This document shows, in pieces, positions 44,324 through 52,955 of a stretch of DNA of 53,633 nucleotides (the stretch's first letter is position 1; every line of letters begins with the position of its first letter). The stretch is from an uncultured Bacteriovoracaceae bacterium (lineage in GTDB: Bacteria; Bdellovibrionota; Bacteriovoracia; Bacteriovoracales; Bacteriovoracaceae), in contig CAXGUD010000024.1 in NCBI GenBank assembly GCA_964012805.1, forward strand, positions 1 to 53,633, in the 5' to 3' direction. Under the pieces are notes generated by a model. It saw only the letters and a list, made by a program, of their open reading frames with translations. It was not told where the DNA came from and did not search any database. Made by a program: the position numbers and the translations under genes.

Positions 44324-47300
44324 ATGAAGTTATTCCAAGGCATTAAATTTAAAGTTATCTTTGCTATTGCGGTCATTTTAACAATTTGTTTTTCAGGATT
44401 AACAGCTTACATAATCAATGATCAGAAAGTTAAACTCATGGGAGCCTTAAAAGAAAGAGGATCTGATGTTGCTAACTTAGTCGCAAAAAATGCAGTCCAA
44501 CCAATAAAAGATTTCGATGATGCTATATTGCAAGAAGCTATTATTAGAGTTGAACAAAAAAATGAAATTGCTTACGCACAGGTATTTAATACAGATAATG
44601 AACCCACCATCGAAGAAGGAATGATGCTCGATGGAAAAGAGACTGTAAAAAAGAAAAAACCCGAAATCCTGCCAGATAATATTCTTGTCATCAAATCAAA
44701 GATAGTTGACGTAGACGCTGATGAATCTTTAGGTACAGTTGAGATAGGCTTCTTTCTAGATGCTGTCAATAAAGAAATTGATAAACAAATTCAAATCTTT
44801 GTTTTTGGTTTAGTTGGCCTCTTAGCAATAGTTATCCTAATTATGTATTTTTATCTATCGATTTCAATAATATCCCCAGTGGTACTTTTAGCTAAAGCAG
44901 CAGAAAATTTAGAAGATGAGTCTGTTCCTATTGATACCGAAAGAATGGATGAATTGGGTTCTCTTGGAAGAAAATTTGTTGAGATGAGAGATGCTGTTAG
45001 GAAAAGAGTAGATGATTTAAAAAATATGAATGCAAAAATTGAAAAGCAAGTTAAAGAAAGAACCGCTGAATTGAACCAGGAAAGAAATAATATAGCTAAC
45101 CTACTTAACAATATGAGACAGGCCGTATTTACAGTTTCAAATGAAGGTAAAATTATGGGCCCTGTATCTAGTTTCTCTCAGGATATTTTTGGTAACGATA
45201 TAATTGGAAGCTCAATTTATGAGACAATTTATAACGGAATTGACGACAAAAGCGAGCTTTATGCAAGCATAAAATCTGTTATGACATGTGTTTACTCAGC
45301 AGATGACCTTCAATGGGATATAATGAAAGATTATTTACCTACAAGGCTTACCTATTTACCAAAAAATGAAAATGATGAGGAAAAAATAATTAAAACGGCT
45401 TACAATCCCCTTTGGGATGAAAATGAGATGCTTGAAAAGATAATGTTTGTGGCAGAGGATATCACAGAGATTGAAAAACTAGAAAAAGAGATGGTACAGC
45501 AGAAAGAAGCAGCATCCAGAAGTATTCAAATGCTCCAAGAGTTGGCTGCCGTTAAACAAGACGACTTAAAAGATTTCTTTACAAGTGCTAATCACATGAT
45601 TCAAGAATGCACATCCATTACAAAACAAATAAGACTTGATTTAAAAAAGACCAAAGAGCCAGAGGGATTCGATGTTTTGTTTAGACACCTTCACACAATA
45701 AAAGGAAATTCGAGAGTTTTTGGTTTAAGCTTAATTTCGAACGTGGTCCACGGTGTAGAAAGTAAGGTAACTGAGTTTATCAATAAAAGTCTTAAAACAG
45801 ATACGGAAAATATAACGAGTTTTATTCAAGATCTTTATTTAGTTCAAGGACAAATAAATGAATACACCAAAGTTGCCAAAGAAGTTTTTAATTTTAACTT
45901 TTCAGGGAATATAGACCATAATTTGATCCTTTTTAATCTAATGAAAGAATTTGAACTTAGAATATCTTTCCTAGTCAATTCTCATAGTAAGATTAATAAA
46001 GCAAGAGTAAAAGAAGCAAATAAGAAGCTTCAATCTTGGGTAAAAGAAAACCCAAAAAGAGTAAATCATTTAAAGGATCTTTCAAGAATTTCACACTCAC
46101 TAAAAGGTATGTCTCGCGGTATGGATGAAAAGGAGTTGTCTTCAGAGGTTCATAATTTGGAGTCCGCTTTTGAATTCATTTCATCAAATGAGGAGATCAG
46201 CAAAGAAGAATGGGATGCTAAATTTATAGATCCCCTTGAAAAAATAAAGGATCTAACACGAAATTGTTTAATAAAATCAAACGTTTTAAAAGAGTTTAGT
46301 GAAAAGCCAGAATTTTGGACGAAGCTCTTAACTAACCTATATAATATATCATACTTAAACTTACATCAAAAAAATCAAAACAAAGATAAAGCAAGAAACT
46401 ATGCTTACCAATCAAAGTCACTTGCTAATGAAAACGGGTTAGAATACATTGCTTTAATAATGGATAGAATACTATACTTAATTGAAAATGATTCAGAAAG
46501 TGAAGACATCTTACTATGCTTAAAAGAGACATGGAGTTACGTATCAATTGTAATTTCTTTGGATGTGGACAAAAACACCCATACAGAAGACAGAAAAGTA
46601 ATAAAGAGGGCCATAACCGGAGAGCATGGAATTAATGCTATACCTAAAGATGTATATAAAACACACCTACAACTTTTTTTAAAAGAGTGCTTAGATCAAG
46701 GTTATTCTATTTCTGAGATAAAAAAAGATTTGGCGATGATCTTCAATACAGGTGAAGAATTGGTATTTGATTATTTTATTCCTGAAGTTAATATCAATCC
46801 ACTAATCACAAGTATGTATATTGGACTTAAAAAGAAGTTTAATGAAGGCGCTGTTTTAAACTATACCGCAAACTTAATAAAAGTTTCAGGTCTTTTCGGT
46901 AAAAATTTAGATGAAATTTTTAAATCTAAAGATATCTTCTGGTTTAACTGCAATAAAGAAATCGCCATATTAAAAGCATTGAAGACTTATGCTGAAAGCG
47001 AAGATTCATCATTAGAAGAGTCCAAACCTCAAGTCTTGGAGGTTTTATATGCCAATTTCGAAGACTTCAAATCTTCTTTAAAAGATGAATCAAATATTGA
47101 CCCTACGGTTATCAAAGCTCTTAAATCGAAGTGTGAAAAGCTTCTTGAACTTCCTGTTAAATACTCATTCAACAAATTTAGGCCTGTTGTGAAAGAGGTC
47201 GCTGAAAGTCTAAATAAAAAAATAAAATTCAAAATAACAGGAGACCAAGGGTCTCTTGACAAGGATAAACTATACCTTCTTCAAGATAGCATGATGCACC

Positions 47301-47707
47301 TTGTACGAAACTCACTTGATCATGGTATTGAGTCACCTGAAGTAAGGCAGGCAAAAGGAAAACCAGAAGCCGGCACAGTTGAAATAGAATGCTCCTCAAA
47401 AGATCCTAATTTTTTAAGAATCATTATTAGAGATGATGGAGGAGGGATTGATGCAGATAAGATATGTGAATCGGGTATCAAAAAAGGTTTAGTTGATAAA
47501 AGTAAAGCAGCTAAAATGAGTCAAAAGGAAAAATTAGAACTTATTTTTGCTTCAACTCTAAGCACCAAGGAGGTTGTTTCAGAGTTATCAGGAAGAGGGG
47601 TAGGCATGGACGTCGTAAAAAAGAACCTTGAGGAAATGGGAAGTAAAATAGAAATACAAACTGAAGTCGGACGGGGAACTGAGTTTATCATTGATATCGC
47701 AGTGTAA
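44324..47707 (+). CDS. Membrane-bound CheA-like (class III-type) histidine kinase: TM-sensor-TM-HAMP-PAS-HPt-HPt-helical region-HATPase; no CheW domain
   Basis: HAMP (SPVVLL...DELGSL), PAS, HPt motifs HTIKG (H457) and HSLKG (H591), CheA-type HLVRNSLDHGIE, DDGGGID, SGRGVGMDVV; stops right after GRGTEF. Confidence 0.88.
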   Translation: MKLFQGIKFKVIFAIAVILTICFSGLTAYIINDQKVKLMGALKERGSDVANLVAKNAVQPIKDFDDAILQEAIIRVEQKNEIAYAQVFNTDNEPTIEEGMMLDGKETVKKKKPEILPDNILVIKSKIVDVDADESLGTVEIGFFLDAVNKEIDKQIQIFVFGLVGLLAIVILIMYFYLSISIISPVVLLAKAAENLEDESVPIDTERMDELGSLGRKFVEMRDAVRKRVDDLKNMNAKIEKQVKERTAELNQERNNIANLLNNMRQAVFTVSNEGKIMGPVSSFSQDIFGNDIIGSSIYETIYNGIDDKSELYASIKSVMTCVYSADDLQWDIMKDYLPTRLTYLPKNENDEEKIIKTAYNPLWDENEMLEKIMFVAEDITEIEKLEKEMVQQKEAASRSIQMLQELAAVKQDDLKDFFTSANHMIQECTSITKQIRLDLKKTKEPEGFDVLFRHLHTIKGNSRVFGLSLISNVVHGVESKVTEFINKSLKTDTENITSFIQDLYLVQGQINEYTKVAKEVFNFNFSGNIDHNLILFNLMKEFELRISFLVNSHSKINKARVKEANKKLQSWVKENPKRVNHLKDLSRISHSLKGMSRGMDEKELSSEVHNLESAFEFISSNEEISKEEWDAKFIDPLEKIKDLTRNCLIKSNVLKEFSEKPEFWTKLLTNLYNISYLNLHQKNQNKDKARNYAYQSKSLANENGLEYIALIMDRILYLIENDSESEDILLCLKETWSYVSIVISLDVDKNTHTEDRKVIKRAITGEHGINAIPKDVYKTHLQLFLKECLDQGYSISEIKKDLAMIFNTGEELVFDYFIPEVNINPLITSMYIGLKKKFNEGAVLNYTANLIKVSGLFGKNLDEIFKSKDIFWFNCNKEIAILKALKTYAESEDSSLEESKPQVLEVLYANFEDFKSSLKDESNIDPTVIKALKSKCEKLLELPVKYSFNKFRPVVKEVAESLNKKIKFKITGDQGSLDKDKLYLLQDSMMHLVRNSLDHGIESPEVRQAKGKPEAGTVEIECSSKDPNFLRIIIRDDGGGIDADKICESGIKKGLVDKSKAAKMSQKEKLELIFASTLSTKEVVSELSGRGVGMDVVKKNLEEMGSKIEIQTEVGRGTEFIIDIAV

Positions 47708-47972
47708 AAACACAATGTATATTGCCTGATCAAGAGCCATTTTTTTTTGTTTTTCTTTTATTAAATCGATTAGTCCATAATTTTTATTGTAAAAAAATAA
47801 GTTTATAAGTCGAAAAAAACCTATTTAAATACCTAAATTTATATATATTTTTTATTAATGTTTTAATTAAGGAGAACTTTTACCTAGGTTAATCAAAAAT
47901 ATTTGTTGAGAACAAAGTTGGAATAAGTATCAAGGTCGCAACTAACGGTATTTGGTTTTCCTGAGGTTAATT

Positions 47973-48563
47973 ATGGGTAGTAAATATTTAAGAAATCTCT
48001 TTTTATTCGTTACCCTAGCCTTTATTGCATATCCTGTGTTATGCCTCACAGTTGATTCCATAAACTTGTTTTATCATGATAAGATAAAATCAAATTTCAA
48101 TTCCCGTCATCACAAAAATGATGTTTATCAAAATTGGTACCATCCAGGTCATGGTCTTTAGCTGATTTCAGGACAAAGTCATGGCCACAGATATAATAAA
48201 AATGGAGTCCCTTTCTATGTTCAATGGCTATTGCTTCTAGATGAGTTTAATCAACTTGAAATTAAAGACAAAAAAGTTTTCCACAAACTTGTAAGAAACC
48301 TGGAATCTTTTAAAAATAGAAAAAAAATAAAAGGAATTTATAATAGCGGTGGAACTCTTCTTTGGTTTGTACACTATCAATCATTAAACGATAAAATTGA
48401 GCATGTTTCATTTACAACTATACTCAATAAAAAAAATTATACCACATCCATTATGGAAAGAATTGGAAACCCAAAATTTTCAAGAATTATTATAGAAATC
48501 CAAATCATTCAAATAGAACTTAGGTCTCTATTAAAGAAAAAAATAGGTAAGACAGAGGATTAA
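47973..48563 (+). pseudogene. Probable single His-rich exported-protein gene interrupted by one in-frame TAG (48159-48161)
   Basis: ORFs 47952-48161 and 48231-48563 are in the same frame, and the 23 intervening codons (LISGQSHGHRYNKNGVPFYVQWL) are open. Confidence 0.55.
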
Positions 48564-48733
48564 ACATTTTTCAGAAAAGAAGCCTTGATACAAGGGGTTT
48601 TAATTAACTTATCTTTATTAAATAAATTTAATTGGTGACTAAAAAAAACAATTCAGTAAAAAGAGGTTGATACTTTAACGAAATTCCGTCAGTATCCCAA
48701 AAACTTAGAAATTTTAATTAAAAAGAGGCTTAT

Positions 48734-50230
48734 ATGACAAGAACCGGCCAAAAATCAATCTACAAGCCTAGAGTTTTGCTTTTAGATGATGATAGCATAA
48801 TTTTAAAGGCAACAGAAAAAAGCTTGAAAGGCTTAGGTGTAGATATAGATAAATTAAATAGTGGAAAAGCCGGACTTGAATTATTAAAAGAAAACCCAAA
48901 TTCTTATGCATTAGCTTTTATAGACTACCGCTTTACAAATGAAGATGGAAAAGTTCTTTATAAAGGTGATATGATTGCAAAAGAGATGAAAAAAATTGCT
49001 CCTGACCTTGTGGTTATAATAATGTCAGGTGATACTTCTGAAAATGCTCTTAAATCATGGTTGGACGCTGGAGTTGATAACTTTATTTATAAACCTGTCT
49101 CTAAAAAACATCTCATTATTCTAACAGAAAGTGCTATTGAAAAGTTTAATAGGAATAGAAAAGCTCTTACAGGTCTAAAAGGAAGCGACTCTCAGCTAAT
49201 AGAAGTTATGGAAAGTGTAGGAATGGTCGGGCAATCAAACTCACTTTTAAATACGGCAAAAAATATTATTAAATTTTCAAAATCGGACCTCCCAGTTATT
49301 TTACTAGGAGAAACAGGTACTGGAAAAGAGCTCGCTGCCAAGGCAATTCACCAAAATTCTTTAAGATCAAGAAATAATTTTTTAACGGTCAATTGTTCAG
49401 CATTCAAAGGTGATTCAGGATTGCTAGAGTCTGAATTATTCGGCCACGAAAAAGGATCCTTCACTGGCGCAAGTAATAGAAAAATCGGAATTTTAGAAGA
49501 GGCAAACGGCGGTACTGTTTTTTTAGATGAGATTCATCACTTAAGTATGGAAGCTCAAGCAAAAATTCTACGGGCAATTCAAGAAAAGAAAATACGAAGG
49601 ATTGGACAAAATGAGGAAATAAAAGTTAATTTTAGATTAATTTCAGCTTCAAAACCAAATATTCGAAATTTATGCGAAAAAAATAAGTTTTTACCAGACC
49701 TTTATTTTAGGGTTTCAACGTTAGATATTGAAATCTCTCCATTAAGGGAACGGATGGAAGACATAAGTCCTCTTATTTTTCATTTTCAAAAGAAAATAGA
49801 AAAAAGAGATGAAGTTATAAAAGAAATATCCGAATCTGCGATTGATAAACTTAAAAGTTATTCTTGGCCAGGTAATGTAAGGGAACTCCAAAACTTTATA
49901 GAGAAAATATTTTTAATAACTGAAGGAAGAATTATAAAGGCCTCTGATTTAGAAAGTGAACTATCCAAATTAAAGAAAAGTAATAACAAAATGGAACACC
50001 ATAACCTTAAAAATTATAAAACATTAAAGGACCTTGAAAGGTGGTATGATGATAAAAAAGTTAAAATAATTCTAGAGACTTTAATAAAAACGGGCCACAA
50101 TGTTTCAAAGACCGCTGAAATCTTAGAAGAAAAGAGGTCAACCCTATCTTCAACAATGAAAAAGTATAAGATATTAAACATGACAGTCAAAGAGAGAGAA
50201 GAATATTTATCTGCAAGTGATCTCTCTTAA
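48734..50230 (+). CDS. NtrC-family sigma54-interacting response regulator (REC-AAA+-HTH)
   Basis: LLLDDD...FIDY receiver, GETGTGKE, ESELFGHEKGSFTGA, FLDEI, WPGNVREL, Fis-type HTH NVSKTAEIL. Confidence 0.92.
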   Translation: MTRTGQKSIYKPRVLLLDDDSIILKATEKSLKGLGVDIDKLNSGKAGLELLKENPNSYALAFIDYRFTNEDGKVLYKGDMIAKEMKKIAPDLVVIIMSGDTSENALKSWLDAGVDNFIYKPVSKKHLIILTESAIEKFNRNRKALTGLKGSDSQLIEVMESVGMVGQSNSLLNTAKNIIKFSKSDLPVILLGETGTGKELAAKAIHQNSLRSRNNFLTVNCSAFKGDSGLLESELFGHEKGSFTGASNRKIGILEEANGGTVFLDEIHHLSMEAQAKILRAIQEKKIRRIGQNEEIKVNFRLISASKPNIRNLCEKNKFLPDLYFRVSTLDIEISPLRERMEDISPLIFHFQKKIEKRDEVIKEISESAIDKLKSYSWPGNVRELQNFIEKIFLITEGRIIKASDLESELSKLKKSNNKMEHHNLKNYKTLKDLERWYDDKKVKIILETLIKTGHNVSKTAEILEEKRSTLSSTMKKYKILNMTVKEREEYLSASDLS

Positions 50231-50256
50231 TATTCCAAGACAAATTTATTGATTTC

Positions 50257-52407
50257 TTAATCAATAGTTGAGTTCAATTGAGTGTCTAAATAAAAAATTT
50301 TATGAAGATTATTTAAAAGAGCTTCCTCATGTACCCATGTTCCAAGTACCTGACCACGCCCATCCAATCGGCACTGCCAATTAGATGAACTGCATTCTTT
50401 ATTATTTTTTCCTCGAGACCAAGTATTTCTTAGCAGATAATAACAGCCTCCAGAATTATCCTCTTCACATTTTGAATATAATTCTCTTCTAAAAGAGCCT
50501 ACTCCTCCAGAGTTTAAAAAGGGTGTCAAGTCTTCTTTTAATTTTTCCCAATTTATTTTCTTTGTCCAAGCCATAGATTTTAAGAGGATATTTTCAAGCT
50601 CCTCAATATGTAAACTAGGATAAATCAAATAAAAAATCTTTTTGATCTTATCTACAAAATCTTCTTGAGATGTGACAACTTCTCTATTTTTATAATCCTT
50701 GAGAAACTCTTTTATTTTTGAATTTTCACAATTATTTTTTATTTTACATAAATTTTTAATAACAGTTACTCCATCAAGCTCTATTGAAGCAGGGTATCTG
50801 TAATATTCACTCTTTAGTATTTTTTTTACGAAGTTCCAATTAATTTTTTTATCCCATACATAATTTGATTTTTTTATTTGTTTTAATAATTCGTCCCCTA
50901 TTCTATCAGAACCTATATCACCTTGATTTTTTATTAATAAAAGATATGTTTCTGAAATAATTTCATCAAAATCATTTTTACTTAGGCTTGATTCACCAAC
51001 TAGATAGTTTCTAATTATATTTTGAAGAACCTGGTCATGACATTTTCTTTTTTTACCAACAAGGATAGAAGCATGCATTTTACATTTCTTAATATCATTA
51101 ACAAATGCTTTTCCTTTTTCTATAGAAACACCACGATATCCCTTATCATTGTTAAGAAAGTGACTGCAATAAGTTACACCCACAGGTTGAGCTCTTTTTT
51201 TATTTAGAAGATACCGAATCGTCCTTTTTACCATTTTTTTTCTTTCTAAACTTTCAATTCTTATCACTGTAGGTTCTGGGATATTTTTAGAATTTAAGTA
51301 AATACTTGTAGGCTTTTTACATTCTGAGAAAATTATTTGAAAGGCATCCACCAAGGATTTTGAATTAAGACTTAAGCTGGCATAATTCTCTAAATCATAT
51401 CTTTTTGCTGTTTTTAAAAGCTTATCCTTAGAAACCATTTTTTTTGCCTTAAAGACATCCTTTAAAGCCTTGTAAAAATCAATTTCTGTTACATCTTCAC
51501 CAAGATTTATTTTCTTCAGAGAATTGTTTATAATATCACTTCGACACATCCCATTTTTCTTTACATAACTAATTACTTTAGCTGAATATCCGTAATCAAG
51601 GCTATTTTGCAACTCTTTTTTATCCAGACTTTTTAATAAAAAAGCTCCATAAAGAGGACTTGAATAGGCCATTTTTTTTGTTACCTTAACACCATGAGTT
51701 TCCCGCCAATAATCTATAAGTTGAATTGCAGCAAATGCGTAACATAGGCCCGTCTCCCCTTGATCATATAAAGGCATTTGCCTCATAAAACCACTCCAAC
51801 TTCCAAAGTCATTTTTTTTAATAATTTCATTTTTTTTATTTAATAACCCTATTTTTCCCCAATTTTTTTTCAACAATAAATTTATTGGTTTATCTTGAGA
51901 ACACCTATCATTTGATACTTTTGAAAGACTTATTTCTAATTTACTAATTTCTGATAGTTTTAAGCAAAAATCATTTAATTTCTTAAGTTCAAAATCAGTT
52001 GGACAATAATCTTCTTCGCCCTTTATAACATTTCCTTCCAGTAAAACCTTCTCTAACTTTTTATTGCTCTTTAAATCATTAATTTCTTCAATATAGTTGT
52101 TCCTAAGATTAAGGAACTTTAACTTCCCCAAACTCTTGATAGGTTTGATATTTGAAATTAAATTATTGCTTAAATCCAAAAACTCAATATTTGGGAGCTC
52201 GCTTAAAAAATTTATATCTTTTAATTTTTGGTTACTTAAATTTATTTTTTTTATTTCCCTTAATGTAAATCTACATTCATCATTCGAAATTAGCTTTTTT
52301 ATGACTCGTTCATTCAACTTTTCTCCACTTGAGAAAAAGCAAGTTTCTTCCTTCTCCTGACATCCATAAAATAGAATTAAAAGTAAAATTAATATTTTAT
52401 TTTTCAT
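50257..52407 (-). CDS. Lipoprotein with leucine-rich repeats and papain-like (C1) cysteine peptidase domain
   Basis: Lipobox LFYGC; LRRs (LDLSNNLI, LNLRNNYI, LLEGNVI); DQGETGLCYAF (Gln/Cys), HASILVG (His), LLRNTW (Asn). Start moved to the ATG at 52407. Confidence 0.8.
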   Translation of the reverse strand: MKNKILILLLILFYGCQEKEETCFFSSGEKLNERVIKKLISNDECRFTLREIKKINLSNQKLKDINFLSELPNIEFLDLSNNLISNIKPIKSLGKLKFLNLRNNYIEEINDLKSNKKLEKVLLEGNVIKGEEDYCPTDFELKKLNDFCLKLSEISKLEISLSKVSNDRCSQDKPINLLLKKNWGKIGLLNKKNEIIKKNDFGSWSGFMRQMPLYDQGETGLCYAFAAIQLIDYWRETHGVKVTKKMAYSSPLYGAFLLKSLDKKELQNSLDYGYSAKVISYVKKNGMCRSDIINNSLKKINLGEDVTEIDFYKALKDVFKAKKMVSKDKLLKTAKRYDLENYASLSLNSKSLVDAFQIIFSECKKPTSIYLNSKNIPEPTVIRIESLERKKMVKRTIRYLLNKKRAQPVGVTYCSHFLNNDKGYRGVSIEKGKAFVNDIKKCKMHASILVGKKRKCHDQVLQNIIRNYLVGESSLSKNDFDEIISETYLLLIKNQGDIGSDRIGDELLKQIKKSNYVWDKKINWNFVKKILKSEYYRYPASIELDGVTVIKNLCKIKNNCENSKIKEFLKDYKNREVVTSQEDFVDKIKKIFYLIYPSLHIEELENILLKSMAWTKKINWEKLKEDLTPFLNSGGVGSFRRELYSKCEEDNSGGCYYLLRNTWSRGKNNKECSSSNWQCRLDGRGQVLGTWVHEEALLNNLHKIFYLDTQLNSTID

Positions 52408-52558
52408 ATTTTTATAATAATTCAAATTATTAATTTTTGAGTAATTAAAATAAAAAAAAGCATTTCGGTCAACAAAGAAAAAAAGAAGACAAAAAAGACT
52501 TAATTAAATTATTCTTTTTAATAAAAGACATAATTCTATATAAATAAGGGTAAGAATA

Positions 52559-52753
52559 ATGACTTCAATCGACAATGATATACACAACCTGAGAAACTCA
52601 CTTTCAAGAATAAGCTCAATTTTTGAAATTATATCAGAAGAAGGCTATGAGGAGGAACTCAACGAAAGCTTTCTAAATACACTTAAAGAATTAGAAAAAA
52701 GTTGGGTCAACTACACTATAAAGCTAAAAGAACTCCACCCTAAACAACAGTAA
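52559..52753 (+). CDS. Small helical protein resembling a free-standing HisKA/DHp domain
   Basis: DIHNLRNSLSRISSIFEII resembles the H-box; purine-rich RBS; 64 aa. Confidence 0.5.
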   Translation: MTSIDNDIHNLRNSLSRISSIFEIISEEGYEEELNESFLNTLKELEKSWVNYTIKLKELHPKQQ

Positions 52754-52902
52754 ATTCACTGTGCATCATTTAAATATTATTGAAAAGTGCGGCTTCCCAA
52801 TTCTTAAACAAGGAAAAAAGCTATAGAGTAATTGAAAGATTAAGAATTCAACTCAAGTGATTTTAATCAAATAGGCATCTCCATTGAGAAAAAATATTCG
52901 AT

Positions 52903-52932
52903 AAAAAAGGGGTCATTAAAAATGACCCCCTT
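52903..52932 (-). terminator. Rho-independent terminator after the solute-binding protein gene
   Basis: Minus strand GGGGTCATT-TTT-AATGACCCC followed by TTTTTT. Confidence 0.85.
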
Positions 52933-52955
52933 AAAGATGTAACTTTTTTTCATAG

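Noticed and set aside
44324..47707. Canonical chemotaxis cheA operon
   Set aside because: The kinase is membrane-bound and lacks a CheW domain; no cheW, cheR, cheB or MCP genes in the window.
48159..48161. Genome-wide TAG reassignment
   Set aside because: Several conserved genes end properly at TAG, and no other gene is interrupted.
50455..51042. Canonical intein in the C1 peptidase (Cys start, Asn-Ser end)
   Set aside because: No Hint block A/B/F/G signatures or penultimate His, and the sequence looks helical. Kept only as an insertion-domain finding.
84..52360. Many 60-118 aa ORFs antisense to or nested in long genes (e.g. 5470-5733, 13405-13761, 24474-24749, 32121-32399, 44851-45111)
   Set aside because: They overlap well-supported CDSs and show no recognisable motifs; treated as shadow ORFs.
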